Of a DNA stretch of 64,000 bases, positions 8,426-18,962 are shown one piece after another. The position numbers were made by a program, and so were the translations under genes. The notes beneath the pieces are model-generated. The model saw nothing but the letters and a program-made list of their open reading frames with translations, did no database searches and had not been told where the DNA came from. The DNA is from Candidatus Riflebacteria bacterium HGW-Riflebacteria-1 (lineage in GTDB: Bacteria > Muiribacteriota > Ozemobacteria > Ozemobacterales > Ozemobacteraceae). Within the stretch, counting starts at the first letter, position 1. Every line of letters begins with the position of its first letter. The stretch spans positions 110,558 to 174,557 of the forward strand of contig PGYB01000007.1 of assembly GCA_002839445.1 (NCBI GenBank), given 5' to 3'.

Positions 8426-9877
8426 ATGGCTGCACCAGCAGATAACAGACTCCCGACCGGTGAGAGCAGTATCACAATAGTTTCGATCGCCTATTTCTTT
8501 TGTGTTATCTGTTCTTATTATGTGATCAAGCCGATTCGTGGCAGTCTGGCGCTTGAGCTTGGCTCTGAGAACATTCCGATTCTCAATATTTTTTCGATGA
8601 TCTCGCTGATTCTTGGCAATGCTGCTTACAGCTGGATCGTTGGCAAATACAAGCGTGACATTTTTATACCGTTTATTACCAGGTTTTTTGTGCTCTGCCT
8701 GATTGGGTTCTGGGTCATTTTTACTTTTGTAATTCCCCTAGGTGGTGAAACAGCGCCTTCTTCCGCGTTATCTTCGGCGGCAATCACAGCTGTGGCGCCA
8801 ATTGCTGAGGCGCACGAGCCGGCTTACGCAGGCGTTCCCACTGTTGAGACGTCGGCAGTTCAACCCAGGCCAGCGCTTGCAGCAGTTAAAGTATTATTGA
8901 TCAGCACCTATTATCTTTGGGTGAACTTTTTCGCTCTGATGGCGGTCAGCATGTTCTGGTCGTTCATGAACGATGTATTCTCCGTTGAGCAGGGCCGCCG
9001 CCTCTACGCGATTATCGGTTACGGCGGTCTGGTTGGCGGGCTGGCCGGCAGCGCGCTGACATCGCTGCTGGTTCGGCATATCGGCACATCAAATCTTTTC
9101 ATTGTCGCGATAATTCTGCTTTACCCTTCGATATGGTGTATGAAGTTCATTCACAAGAACCACTACCGCCCCGAAGGAGTTGTCGATGAAGACAACAAGC
9201 CGGTCGTGCCGGCACACCCGCCGCGGCCATGGGACGGCTTTCTGTCAGTCTGTAAAAACCCGATTCTCATCTGTATGGCACTTGAAATGTTTTTGTATAC
9301 GTTTTCGAGCACCATGTTTTTTCAGCAGCTCAATCGCCTGATCGAAAGCGAAATCGGCAGTGATGTTAACCGAAAAACCCAGTTTATTGCCGGCATCTAT
9401 GGGCGCATTAACATTGTCTCGCTGTTTGCCCAGTTTTTTGTAACCCGCCTGATCATGATGCTCGCCAACCCAATTTACGGGCTGCTGCTGCTTAACCTGA
9501 TTCAGATCGCTGGCACTTTCCTGACCATGTTTAATCCAAGTCTTACCGTGGTTTCCTGGATCATGATCATCAGATATGCTCTCAATTATTCGACGGGAAG
9601 GGCGCTGCGCGAGCTGGTCTATATTCCGCTTGACCGTGAAGCAAAGTATCAGGGTAAAGGATTCGTTGACACCGTTGTATTCAGGGCTGGTGACGGACTA
9701 TCTTCGATTATTCTGATCGGCGGCCTCGGGTTCTATTCTTATGGCACCTGGATCGACTATTCAATTCAGGTGGCAATGCTGATACAGTTTTATGTTATAA
9801 TCAAAACCGCCGGCTTGTATGGTCAGCGTCTCAAACCTGCTGACGCATCAGACACTGCTCCGGTGCCGGCCTCTTAA
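8426..9877 (+). CDS. NTT/TLC-like (ATP:ADP antiporter family) MFS-type membrane transporter homolog
   Basis: A 483-aa polytopic membrane protein. The N-terminal helix motif FFCVICSYYVIKPIRGSLAL resembles the TLC-family LFNYxxLRxxKDxLV motif. A low-complexity Ala/Ser/Pro loop is inserted. Confidence 0.45.
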   Translation: MAAPADNRLPTGESSITIVSIAYFFCVICSYYVIKPIRGSLALELGSENIPILNIFSMISLILGNAAYSWIVGKYKRDIFIPFITRFFVLCLIGFWVIFTFVIPLGGETAPSSALSSAAITAVAPIAEAHEPAYAGVPTVETSAVQPRPALAAVKVLLISTYYLWVNFFALMAVSMFWSFMNDVFSVEQGRRLYAIIGYGGLVGGLAGSALTSLLVRHIGTSNLFIVAIILLYPSIWCMKFIHKNHYRPEGVVDEDNKPVVPAHPPRPWDGFLSVCKNPILICMALEMFLYTFSSTMFFQQLNRLIESEIGSDVNRKTQFIAGIYGRINIVSLFAQFFVTRLIMMLANPIYGLLLLNLIQIAGTFLTMFNPSLTVVSWIMIIRYALNYSTGRALRELVYIPLDREAKYQGKGFVDTVVFRAGDGLSSIILIGGLGFYSYGTWIDYSIQVAMLIQFYVIIKTAGLYGQRLKPADASDTAPVPAS

Positions 9878-9906
9878 GCCAATATTTACACTTTCTGGAG
9901 GAATAA

Positions 9907-10818
9907 ATGAGCGTTAAGATGATCGTGGTGGGCTCGGTTGCCTATGATTCCCTGCAGACCCCCAAAGGAAGACGCGAACGGGCTCTCGGCGGCTCGGCAG
10001 TGTATTTTTCTACTGTTGCCAGCTATTTTACCAATGTTGGCCTGGTCGGCGTTGCCGGCAAGGACTTTGAAACTGCCCACGTTGAATTCCTTAAAAAGCA
10101 CGGTGTCGATTTGTCCGGCTTTGATATCAAAAATGAAGGCGAAACCTTTCACTGGGCCGGAAGCTATGGTGAAGACTTTGGCGATGCTACCACGCACGAC
10201 ACCCGCCTCAACGTATTTGAGTCGTTTGATCCACATCTGCCAGAAGAATACCGGAATGCTGAACTGGTGTTTCTTGGCAACATTCACCCGGCCCTGCAGT
10301 TGAAAGTCATCGAAAAGGTTAATAAACCCAAAATTATCGCGCTCGATACCATGAATCTCTGGATCAATACCAGCAGAGATCTGCTTAAACAGGCTATTGC
10401 CAAAGTAGATATTCTGTTCATCAACTTTCAGGAAGCGTTGATGCTGGCCGAAGAGAAAAAATTCGCGCCGGCTGTTCATAAGCTTCTGACAATGGGCCCC
10501 AGTCGCATTATCGTTAAAATGGGTGAACTTGGTGCCATGACGGCTACCAATGATGCTCGCTTCTTCGTACCAGCTTATCCGTGTCTTGATATCACAGATC
10601 CTACCGGTGCTGGCGATTCTTTCGGCGGTGGCTTTATGGGAAGTCTGGCCCGACACGGCGATTACAGCGAAATGGGCTTTCGCCGCAGCATGCTCTATGG
10701 CAGCGCCATGGGCTCGATTACTGTCGAAAATTTCAGCCTCGATTCATACCATGATCTCAAGATGGAAATGATCGAAGAACGCTATCAGGCGCTGAAAAAG
10801 ATGGCGACAGTCGAATAA
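9907..10818 (+). CDS. PfkB family carbohydrate kinase (ribokinase-like)
   Basis: GGAGG Shine-Dalgarno. C-terminal DPTGAGDSFGGGF (PfkB signature 2) and N-terminal GG-lid MIVVGSVAYDSL...LGGSAVY. Confidence 0.8.
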   Translation: MSVKMIVVGSVAYDSLQTPKGRRERALGGSAVYFSTVASYFTNVGLVGVAGKDFETAHVEFLKKHGVDLSGFDIKNEGETFHWAGSYGEDFGDATTHDTRLNVFESFDPHLPEEYRNAELVFLGNIHPALQLKVIEKVNKPKIIALDTMNLWINTSRDLLKQAIAKVDILFINFQEALMLAEEKKFAPAVHKLLTMGPSRIIVKMGELGAMTATNDARFFVPAYPCLDITDPTGAGDSFGGGFMGSLARHGDYSEMGFRRSMLYGSAMGSITVENFSLDSYHDLKMEMIEERYQALKKMATVE

Positions 10819-10847
10819 TCTCGTAACGCTGATATCTGTCTAAAATG

Positions 10848-10935
10848 CGTAGGGGTTCAACATTCGGTGGCTCTTATGGCCTTTGGCTATTAGAGCCACC
10901 GATCCCGCAGTGCTCACCGGGGCTGAACCCCTACG
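10848..10935. terminator. Compound palindromic hairpin between convergent genes (bidirectional terminator or REP-like)
   Basis: Outer stem CGTAGGGGTTCA/TGAACCCCTACG and inner stem GGTGGCTCT/AGAGCCACC. It lies between the stops at 10818 (+) and 10954 (-). Confidence 0.55.
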
Positions 10936-10953
10936 GTTATTAATAACGGGTTT

Positions 10954-11766
10954 TTAGAAGAAATAGGCCTCGTCTGGCTTCTGATGGCATCGACATTTAT
11001 CGGTACGTGCGACCGGGATTTCCTTAACCATGCGCATCAGAATCTTGTGCAGCGTGCCGATGCTGTGCTGAAACATCTTAACCACTTCTTTCGTGGTAAC
11101 TTCCGGCACATCGCCGACCAGTCCGGCATCGTAGTCGGTGATCATCGCAACATTGACGATGCAGATGCCGAGTTCCTGCGCCAGCACGACTTCCGGATAC
11201 TGTGTCATGTTCACCGTGTGCCAGCCCATGCTGGTGAACCACTTGCTCTCGGCTTTGCTTGAAAAACGCGGGCCATTGATAACTACAATTGTCCCAGATT
11301 CATGCGCTTTGGCGCCTTCGGCGCGAATGGCCGCGATGGCCATCTGGCGCAGCTGCGGACAGTATGGTTCGGCCGCCGAAATATGCATTACATCAGGGCC
11401 ATCGGCGAAAGTGTCAGTGCGCCCTTTTGTGCGATCGATAAATTGATCGGTTACTACAAAATCACCGGGTTTTATGTTGGTCTGCAGTGAACCGACAGCG
11501 CATGGCGAGATGATGCGCGAAACGCCGAGTTCTTTCATCGCCCAGAGATTGGCGCGATAATTGATCTTGTGCGGAGGCAGACTGTGATTGCGGCCATGTC
11601 GGGGCAGAAAGGCCACCCGCTTGTCACCGATGGTGCAGATATCTATAACGTCGCTGGGCGCACCGTATGGTGTTGATATTTTGACTTTTTCGATCTTGTC
11701 GGCAGGCATTTCATACATTCCACTGCCGCTGAAAATGCCGATGTCGGCCTTGCTGGTATTTCTCAT
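10954..11766 (-). CDS. mtnP: S-methyl-5'-thioadenosine phosphorylase
   Basis: PNP/MTAP-family motifs (IGIFSGSGMY, RHGRNHSLPPHKINYRAN, VVINGPRFSSKAE, TQYPEVVLAQELGICIVNVAMITDYD). Confidence 0.85.
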   Translation of the reverse strand: MRNTSKADIGIFSGSGMYEMPADKIEKVKISTPYGAPSDVIDICTIGDKRVAFLPRHGRNHSLPPHKINYRANLWAMKELGVSRIISPCAVGSLQTNIKPGDFVVTDQFIDRTKGRTDTFADGPDVMHISAAEPYCPQLRQMAIAAIRAEGAKAHESGTIVVINGPRFSSKAESKWFTSMGWHTVNMTQYPEVVLAQELGICIVNVAMITDYDAGLVGDVPEVTTKEVVKMFQHSIGTLHKILMRMVKEIPVARTDKCRCHQKPDEAYFF

Positions 11767-11845
11767 ATTAACCTCTTTTCAGTAAAAATAAAACACAGGG
11801 ATTCGCGAGCGAACCCCTGTGTCAGTTACGTATTCAACGGTCAGG

Positions 11846-13093
11846 TCAGGCGATCTGACTTTCGATCTTGTAGATGATCTGGTAAGGCTCTTTCTTATCG
11901 ACGCAGCGCTCGTGAATGATCACTTTGCCGATGTTATTGTCTGATGGAATATCATACATGAGATCGAGCATCAGTTCTTCAATAATTCTGCGCAGACCAC
12001 GGGCGCCGGTGTTCTGGTCGATTGCCTTGCGGGCGATTGCCTGCAGCGCCTTTGGCGTGATTTCAAGATCGACACCTTCCATGCGCATCAGACGACTGTA
12101 TTGCTTGAGCAACGCATCTTTGGGATCAGTGAGAATCTTGACCAGGTCTTCGACCTGAAGATTGTTGAAAGTGGCCATTACCGGCACGCGACCGATAAAT
12201 TCAGGAATCAGGCCAAATCGCAACAAGTCTTCCGGCATTATGTCCTTGAGCAGTTCGCCAACCCGGCGCTCGCTTTTGACCAGCGGGGTTGAACCAAAGC
12301 CCATGGTTTTGGTGGCAGAACGTGATTCGATAAGCTTATCGACTCCCTCGAATGCTCCGCCAAGCAGGAACAGAATGTTTTTGGTGTTGATCTGGATATA
12401 GTCCTGATGCGGGTGCTTGCGACCGCCCTGCGGCGGCACATGTGCGACCTTGCCTTCAAGAAGCTTGAGAAGCGCCTGTTGAACACCTTCACCCGAAACA
12501 TCGCGGGTAATCGAAACATTTTCGCTCTTACGTGCGATTTTGTCGATTTCATCGATGTAGACGATACCGCGTTCTGCTTTCTGAACATCGTAGTCAGCGG
12601 AGCGAAGAAGATTGAGCAGAATACTTTCTACGTCTTCGCCGACGTAACCTGCTTCAGTGAGTGTTGTAGCGTCGGCAATGCAGAAAGGCACATTCAGCAG
12701 CTTGGCAAGGGTCTGAGCAATGTGGGTCTTGCCTGAACCGGTTGGGCCAATCAGCAGAACATTCGATTTCTGTACTTCGACGTCATCGCGATGAGGCAGT
12801 TGCTCTTCGAGCGAGATACGCTTGTAATGGTTATAGACCGCAACCGAAAGAATCTTTTTGGCGCGTTCCTGGCCGATAACATACTGATCCAGCGTTTTAA
12901 CGATCTCTTTTGGTTTGAGAGCGTTCTGAAACGCCAAAGGCACGTCGTCGTCAACCTCTTCAAGAATGATCTCGTTGCAAAGACCGATACATTCATCGCA
13001 AATATAGACCTCGGGCCCGGCAATCAGCTTGCGAACCTGATCCTGGCTCTTTCCGCAGAAAGAACAACGGAATTGAGGGGTCTTAGAAAGCAT
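11846..13093 (-). CDS. clpX: ATP-dependent Clp protease ATP-binding subunit ClpX
   Basis: N-terminal zinc finger CSFCGKS...CDEC. Walker A GPTGSGKT. The remaining motifs match ClpX. It sits downstream of clpP. Confidence 0.97.
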   Translation of the reverse strand: MLSKTPQFRCSFCGKSQDQVRKLIAGPEVYICDECIGLCNEIILEEVDDDVPLAFQNALKPKEIVKTLDQYVIGQERAKKILSVAVYNHYKRISLEEQLPHRDDVEVQKSNVLLIGPTGSGKTHIAQTLAKLLNVPFCIADATTLTEAGYVGEDVESILLNLLRSADYDVQKAERGIVYIDEIDKIARKSENVSITRDVSGEGVQQALLKLLEGKVAHVPPQGGRKHPHQDYIQINTKNILFLLGGAFEGVDKLIESRSATKTMGFGSTPLVKSERRVGELLKDIMPEDLLRFGLIPEFIGRVPVMATFNNLQVEDLVKILTDPKDALLKQYSRLMRMEGVDLEITPKALQAIARKAIDQNTGARGLRRIIEELMLDLMYDIPSDNNIGKVIIHERCVDKKEPYQIIYKIESQIA

Positions 13094-13095
13094 GC

Positions 13096-13704
13096 TTACT
13101 CCTCGTTGGATTTAGCTACGACTACTTTGCGCTGTACAACTTCATCAATCAGACCATATTCTTTGGCTTCCTTCGAAGACATGAAAAAGTCACGGTCGGT
13201 ATCACGCTTGATGCGCTTGAGCGGTTGCCCGGTGTGATGCGCCAGGATATCGTTGAGCATGTCTTTCATGCGCAGGATTTCCTGTGCCTGAATTTCGATA
13301 TCGCTGGCCTGTCCCTGGGCGCCGCCTAAGGGCTGATGAATCATGATACGCGAGTTGGGAAGGGCATACCGCTTGCCATGCGCGCCAGCCGTAAGCAGGA
13401 GCGCACCCATGCTGGCCGCCTGGCCTATGCAGATGGTGCTGACATCAGGTTTGATATACTGCATGGTGTCATAGATAGCCATTCCAGCGGTGACGACACC
13501 ACCGGGGCTGTTGATGTAGATTGAGATATCCTTTTCGGGGTCTTCTGATTCGAGGAAAAGAAGCTGAGCGACAACCACGTCAGCTAGATTATCATCAATT
13601 CCGCCGCCCAGAAAGATAATGCGATCCTTGAGAAGACGTGAATAGATGTCGAACGCACGTTCGCCTCGACTGCTTTGTTCAATTACTATTGGTACGAGAG
13701 TCAC
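13096..13704 (-). CDS. clpP: ATP-dependent Clp protease proteolytic subunit ClpP
   Basis: 202 aa. Motifs [22 protein letters not shown] and IMIHQPLGG. Overlaps tig by 4 nt. Confidence 0.97.
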   Translation of the reverse strand: MTLVPIVIEQSSRGERAFDIYSRLLKDRIIFLGGGIDDNLADVVVAQLLFLESEDPEKDISIYINSPGGVVTAGMAIYDTMQYIKPDVSTICIGQAASMGALLLTAGAHGKRYALPNSRIMIHQPLGGAQGQASDIEIQAQEILRMKDMLNDILAHHTGQPLKRIKRDTDRDFFMSSKEAKEYGLIDEVVQRKVVVAKSNEE

Positions 13705-15035
13705 GCTTCAGTTTCCCCCTTGTTGATATCAGCGTCTTTAACCATATCGTAATTAATCTGGTTATTTTTGAGCAAAAAATCGCGAATTTTTTGGCTGCGC
13801 AGCGAAAATCGTACGTTTTCTTCGCCATCATTCTCTGAAAGCGTGCTTAACAGCTTCTCTACCGTCATGTTGTATTCTTTGGCGCGCTTCTCAATTTCTT
13901 CTCGATAGTCAGCATCGGTTACTTCAATATTTTCGCGATCGCCAATGGCGTCAACGAGAAGCATGGTTTTTGTCTGGCGAACAGCACGTTCTCTGAAGGT
14001 TTCCCTGAATTCATTAACATCTTTGCCTGAGTTGCGCAGATAGTCTTGAATTGTTGTACCAAACTGGCGCCAGCGCCGATCAAGGCCTTCGATGAAAAAG
14101 TCGACAGTGCTCTGAACCATTGATTCAGGAACTTCGAACTTGTAGCTCGCGATAATCTGATCCAGAATTCCTTCAAAAGCACGCTCTTCTGCGTCATACT
14201 TCGCGCGTTCTTCGAGGTCTTCCCTGATTTTGGTCTTGAGGGCTTCAAGGTTTTCAAATTCACCCAGTTGCTTGGCAAATTCATCGTTGAGCTCAGGAAG
14301 AGTAGGCCTTGATACCCGATTAAGAGTTACCTTGTAATCAAGGGTCTTGCCGTAATACTTTGAATTTTTCTCTTCGTCGCCATCGACGTTAATCTGATAG
14401 GTGCGGGTGTCGCCAACCTTCATGCCCAGACAGGGATTGAAGAGCTTGTCGTTTTCGCTCATTTTGTGCGCGGCTTTTTCGTCTGACAGTTCACTGTCAA
14501 CTTCGCCCTGGTGCGAAACTTCGATGTTCGCAGAAAAGTAGTCGCCGATTTCAAGGCTGGCGCCTTCTACCGGTTCGGTCTTGCTGTGCTGATCGCGAAC
14601 CTGGTTGAGAACTTTACTGAGACTGTCTTCATCGACGATTTCGCGCTGCACCTGTGAAGTGTAGCTCTTGTAATTGAATTCACCGAGTTTTGGTCTTACT
14701 TCAAATACGGCTTTAAAAATAAAGGGCTGGCCTTCTGCCAGACTTGATTCTTCAAGTTCGAAGCGGCTTACCGGGTGCAGTTTGGTTTCTCTGATTGCCT
14801 GTGGATAAACTTCCTGAACCAGTTCTTCTTCAATCTGTTCTTTGACTGAGTCGGGACCGATAAATTTAACCAGAACAGCCTTAGGGACTTTGCCCTGTCT
14901 GAAGCCGGGTATTTTAACCGAGCGTGCGGCGCGTGAATAAAAACTGGCATAGGCAGCGTTTACTTTTTCGGCCTCAACTTCGACGGTGAGGGCGACTCTG
15001 TTGGCTTCCAGTTCCTGGACCTGTGTCTTCAACAT
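13701..15035 (-). CDS. tig: Trigger factor
   Basis: [10 protein letters not shown]...GFRQGKVPK is the ribosome-binding signature, followed by PPIase and C-terminal domains. The start was chosen at the ATG with an AAGGAG Shine-Dalgarno (15033-15035); the track ORF is over-extended. Confidence 0.93.
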   Translation of the reverse strand: MLKTQVQELEANRVALTVEVEAEKVNAAYASFYSRAARSVKIPGFRQGKVPKAVLVKFIGPDSVKEQIEEELVQEVYPQAIRETKLHPVSRFELEESSLAEGQPFIFKAVFEVRPKLGEFNYKSYTSQVQREIVDEDSLSKVLNQVRDQHSKTEPVEGASLEIGDYFSANIEVSHQGEVDSELSDEKAAHKMSENDKLFNPCLGMKVGDTRTYQINVDGDEEKNSKYYGKTLDYKVTLNRVSRPTLPELNDEFAKQLGEFENLEALKTKIREDLEERAKYDAEERAFEGILDQIIASYKFEVPESMVQSTVDFFIEGLDRRWRQFGTTIQDYLRNSGKDVNEFRETFRERAVRQTKTMLLVDAIGDRENIEVTDADYREEIEKRAKEYNMTVEKLLSTLSENDGEENVRFSLRSQKIRDFLLKNNQINYDMVKDADINKGETEA

Positions 15036-15190
15036 AATGCAATAACTCCTTGGGGAGAGAATTTCTGATTTGCACAACATTAAATCTGAATGAAGAGTGA
15101 TTTATGCCAATACAAAACACCATGTCTGGCTAGCATGGATGCATCATTATAAACGAGATGAGAACAAATGTAAAGGGCAGTTCAACCAGT

Positions 15191-15224
15191 GAAAAAGCCC
15201 CCGGCAGGTCGACCTGCCGGGGGC
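15191..15224 (-). terminator. Rho-independent terminator of the minus-strand pilin-like operon
   Basis: Perfect palindrome GCCCCCGGCAGGTC/GACCTGCCGGGGGC followed by a T-run on the minus strand, 20 nt after the stop at 15245. Confidence 0.75.
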
Positions 15225-15244
15225 TCAAAATGAAGTCACAAGCC

Positions 15245-17830
15245 TTAATCGATGCGTTTGCGTCTTTCTTCGAGAGTGCGGATGTCGAGTTTTTTGCCGA
15301 GAACCGCAATATTGAGCTTAAAATTGCGGGAATTGTTTGAATGGTCGGTGGCGTTGACTTCAAGATAGTATTCCGGACTGACGGCGCCGTCGTTATCAAC
15401 ATTTTCAAATCTGAAAACGTGTTCGATCGGCTTGAGCATGTTCGCGGGTGACGGCGGATCGGCGATTACAACCGCACCGTTCTTTTCTACCAGATTGCAG
15501 CTGAGCGCAGAGATGCCGAACTGTTTTGCAGCCAGATAGCCATTGATATTGTCGACAGCCCTGATGTAGAACACAAGGCGGTTGTTCTGCTGGCAGACAA
15601 AGCCGGTCTGGCTGTCGTCTGCTATTGTCGAGACCGCATTCGGTCCTACCAGATACTTGTCAAACAGTCCGTTAATATCAGAAAGGTCTGTGAACTGGTG
15701 CGCGCCTGAAATATTGCTTTCTTTGCCGAGATATGGCATATCACCGGTTGAATAATCTTCGACCAGGCCCTCGCCACCAAATTCAGAGAAGCCGGCTGCC
15801 ACGTTCTGTTTTGTTCCAAACATGTGATAACGGTTGGTTCTGGTGTCGAAGACCACGACTTGAATCTCGGGGCCAGTCTCATCTTTGGCCTTGAGAAATT
15901 CAACGTTGCTCCAGCCTGAGTCGTCAACTTGGCCACTGCTGATCTGCCCCTGCGTGTCTCCTGCCGGAATAGGTGCGCCATCGTGGCAGGCTGCCGGATC
16001 TGCTCCGGACTCTGGTTTTGCCGTGTCGCTGAGCAGGTGGGTGCCTATGCTTGTTTTGACTGCATCGTGCTCAGCAATCTTCATGCCGGCAGAGTCTGCA
16101 CTGATTGCAAAAACCTTGAATTTCGGCTCAGGGACGCTTTTGCCGCCACCTTCGTTGCATTCGTGCCAGGGCCTTGGCTGATTGATATTGAGCTTGCCGG
16201 TTATGGTGGTCACCGCACCGGCCTTTCTGCCTGTTCCACCGGTAAGAGGCTGGGAAGAACCTATTGCCAGGTTAGAAACATCTGCTTTTTTCCAGGCCCA
16301 CTTTGCTTCGTGCTTGAAGCCTTTAAACTTTGGCTCGTTAGAAGACAGATCTTCAAGATCGACTAAGCCGTAACCCTCTGTTTTCAACCGGTTCATGTCG
16401 AGTCCTGCGGCAGCTGAATATTGATAGTGCGGGTATGAATAATAAACCTGCAGATCGAGATTTTCTATACTTTGCTTAAGGGTGACACCGCTTATGGTGG
16501 TGTTGAAAATTTTGTTAAAATATGGATTGGTATCGAGCACTTTCAAGGTGAAATCGAAAGGTGTCGGCCCCGTTGGCAGGAAATTCCTGTTGGCCGAAGT
16601 GATTTTAAAATCAGCGGCGATCGGCGATTTATCATCGTAAACGATAAAATCAGTAGAGCCGGCTTCTGCAGCCGATTTCACGAGCGTGAGCTGTAGTTCT
16701 TCGCTGCACATGTAAGTGGCTGGTGAAGCTTCCCAGTAGTCCCGCATTTCAGAACGTTCCGGAACAATTATAGTGCCGCTGGCGTCACGCTGTTCTTCCT
16801 GAGTGACTACGCGCCCTGATTTTTTGTTATATACGGTTTCTTTCCAGGCCCAGTAAATATTACTGATTTCAAAGCCTGCGCCGGGAGACCAGACTTTGAG
16901 GCGGATTTTTGACTGCTCCTTGTCGCCATTAAAGCTGGGAGTGTTAAAAGTGACGTTGAAGTTAGGTCCCGGGGTACCGTTTGAACCGTCTGCGCTCCAG
17001 ACAATCTGCGGATTCGACTCCACTTCGATTTCGGCACCTGGATTGCCGGTGCGCACAAAAGCCTTGTAGTCTTCAGGTCTGATCCGCGAGATTTCCATGT
17101 CTATATCTTCCATTAGAAGGCCTTCTGCTCTAATCCTTACTGCCTTGGTGGCAGATAGCGGGAAGACGGTTGTGGTGGGCGGGTTCGGTCGAACAGTGCT
17201 TAAGGGAATGACAAAGGTATTCCAGGAGCTGCTCGGAAAATTGTCGTCGATTGCTCCGGTCACTGGAGTATCACTCATTGCTGCAACATCTGCCCAACCC
17301 GGAGCAGGGTATTCGGTAGATTGGCCACCAAGGGTGGTAATTCGCCCCTGGTTTCCTGGTTTGACAAAGCCGGAGAGAAGCGCATATGGGCCAGTTAATG
17401 ACGGCAGAAATCCATTGCCGAGCGAAACACCCATTTGTCGCGAGAATGCTTCCTGAACACTTCCTCGATTACCGCTTACCGCAAAAAAGTCAGCCATGGA
17501 CTGGATTGGAAAGTAACCATACCCGTTGGGCTTGTCGGTGCCGGCCTCAAAAGGTATTCTTGCCTTTGTGCACCAGTCGTATTTGTCGCCTTGCAGGCCA
17601 CCGCCAGTGTTGTGAGCCGCCGGATCCCAGACGACTTTGAAGGAGGCGCTGGTGCCCTGCGGAACAAGGTAAAAGAACTTGTTTCCCTCTGTTACCAGTT
17701 TCATGCCGTTCGCCTCTGCGTTGATCGGCACTATCGCAGCGCAAGGCTCGGCCGGAAGACTGCAGGCAAAAACGCCTGGCAAAGTCAACACAAAGGCCAG
17801 GATCAGGGCATAACAAGATTTTGCAGACAT
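15245..17830 (-). CDS. Large secreted protein of unknown function (861 aa), last gene of the prepilin-like operon; possible pilus tip or adhesin component by position
   Basis: GAGGAGG Shine-Dalgarno. Signal peptide MSAKSCYALILAFVLTLPGVFA. I recognise no catalytic motif. It lies 18 nt downstream of three prepilin-like genes. Confidence 0.5.
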   Translation of the reverse strand: MSAKSCYALILAFVLTLPGVFACSLPAEPCAAIVPINAEANGMKLVTEGNKFFYLVPQGTSASFKVVWDPAAHNTGGGLQGDKYDWCTKARIPFEAGTDKPNGYGYFPIQSMADFFAVSGNRGSVQEAFSRQMGVSLGNGFLPSLTGPYALLSGFVKPGNQGRITTLGGQSTEYPAPGWADVAAMSDTPVTGAIDDNFPSSSWNTFVIPLSTVRPNPPTTTVFPLSATKAVRIRAEGLLMEDIDMEISRIRPEDYKAFVRTGNPGAEIEVESNPQIVWSADGSNGTPGPNFNVTFNTPSFNGDKEQSKIRLKVWSPGAGFEISNIYWAWKETVYNKKSGRVVTQEEQRDASGTIIVPERSEMRDYWEASPATYMCSEELQLTLVKSAAEAGSTDFIVYDDKSPIAADFKITSANRNFLPTGPTPFDFTLKVLDTNPYFNKIFNTTISGVTLKQSIENLDLQVYYSYPHYQYSAAAGLDMNRLKTEGYGLVDLEDLSSNEPKFKGFKHEAKWAWKKADVSNLAIGSSQPLTGGTGRKAGAVTTITGKLNINQPRPWHECNEGGGKSVPEPKFKVFAISADSAGMKIAEHDAVKTSIGTHLLSDTAKPESGADPAACHDGAPIPAGDTQGQISSGQVDDSGWSNVEFLKAKDETGPEIQVVVFDTRTNRYHMFGTKQNVAAGFSEFGGEGLVEDYSTGDMPYLGKESNISGAHQFTDLSDINGLFDKYLVGPNAVSTIADDSQTGFVCQQNNRLVFYIRAVDNINGYLAAKQFGISALSCNLVEKNGAVVIADPPSPANMLKPIEHVFRFENVDNDGAVSPEYYLEVNATDHSNNSRNFKLNIAVLGKKLDIRTLEERRKRID

Positions 17831-17848
17831 GGGTTCCTCCTCAAAGGA

Positions 17849-18412
17849 CTAATTTTCTCTGGTCAGTTTTACCGTCTTGATCATTTCTTCCTTGCGAACG
17901 CCCATTTCACCACGTGGTAGATTGGCTTCTCCTAACGCAGTTATCTGTGAAGAAATTATAAGCTGGCGCTCGCCAGGATTGGTGTAAGCGCTGATAACCT
18001 TGAAGTCAGTGGTCGCGAACTTCCAGTTGGCTGCCGTGATCCCTGGCACTTTCCACGGAAAACGGTCAGAGTTACAGTCAGAATAAAAATCAATCAGACC
18101 CTGCCGGTTGGCGCCGGCTACAGGGGCAAGCTCGCTGCCGGCAATAATTCCGCGGAACGGGCAGTAGCCCAGCGACAGAACGCCCGCGTCACACGCTTCC
18201 TGTGGGAAGGCACTGAGCTTGAGCAGCATCATCTGAACAGCCGACTGTGCCAGAAAGTTGGCCTGCAGAAAATGAACGTTAGTAAGGTTCTGCTGTTTCG
18301 ATTCCTTGCGAAAAAAGACCAGCGAAGCAGTAAAAACCATGACGCAGATCGAGAAGACCAGCACCAGGGGAAGAGCAATGCCACTTCTTGAGCCGGAATT
18401 ATTCTTTGTCAA
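17849..18412 (-). CDS. Minor pseudopilin-like protein (GspK/PilX-like N-terminus)
   Basis: N-terminal SGIALPLVLVFSICVMVFTASLVF hydrophobic helix after a short basic leader. It overlaps the upstream prepilin gene by 14 nt. Confidence 0.45.
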   Translation of the reverse strand: MTKNNSGSRSGIALPLVLVFSICVMVFTASLVFFRKESKQQNLTNVHFLQANFLAQSAVQMMLLKLSAFPQEACDAGVLSLGYCPFRGIIAGSELAPVAGANRQGLIDFYSDCNSDRFPWKVPGITAANWKFATTDFKVISAYTNPGERQLIISSQITALGEANLPRGEMGVRKEEMIKTVKLTREN

Positions 18413-18962
18413 CGAAAGCCCTCCTTGCCAGGAGTTCGAACTGATTCACATCGTTGTATTCACCGGTTGCTACACGCCATCTGATGACCAGTCTGATATC
18501 TGCCAGGCGGCATTCTCCTGCTGTATCCGGGTATACTTCAGCTATTGTCATGGTATCGGGGGTGTTAAGAGTGCCGCCCGGGTTTGATTCGACCCCTGAT
18601 GAGCAGGTCTGCGGGTCATGAAAGATGAATTTTGGTATGGCAAATGCCAGTTCGTTGCTGGTAAATGGATATACCGTATATTCGCCGGAAAACTTGTTGC
18701 CCTTTATGTCGTAATCCGCGCCAAAAGACCATTCATGCACAGCACCAGCACCTAAAAGAAGATTCTCCCTGGTAATAACATACATCAGCCGATTCATTTC
18801 TTCTTTGGCCAGATTAGCTGCTATGCCCTCGGCATCCTGCTCGCGAGTGCCGCGATTGCTATACTGCAGCAGACCAAAAATAGGTACTATGACAAAAGCC
18901 AGAATGCCGACCGCTATCATCAGTTCGGCCAGCGTGACACCAGCATTCTGTCTGATAATCAT
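18399..18962 (-). CDS. Prepilin-type N-terminal cleavage/methylation domain protein (pseudopilin)
   Basis: MIIRQNAGVTLAELMIAVGILAFV has G-V-T-L-A-E with Glu at +5 of the prepilin motif. Confidence 0.7.
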   Translation of the reverse strand: MIIRQNAGVTLAELMIAVGILAFVIVPIFGLLQYSNRGTREQDAEGIAANLAKEEMNRLMYVITRENLLLGAGAVHEWSFGADYDIKGNKFSGEYTVYPFTSNELAFAIPKFIFHDPQTCSSGVESNPGGTLNTPDTMTIAEVYPDTAGECRLADIRLVIRWRVATGEYNDVNQFELLARRAFVDKE

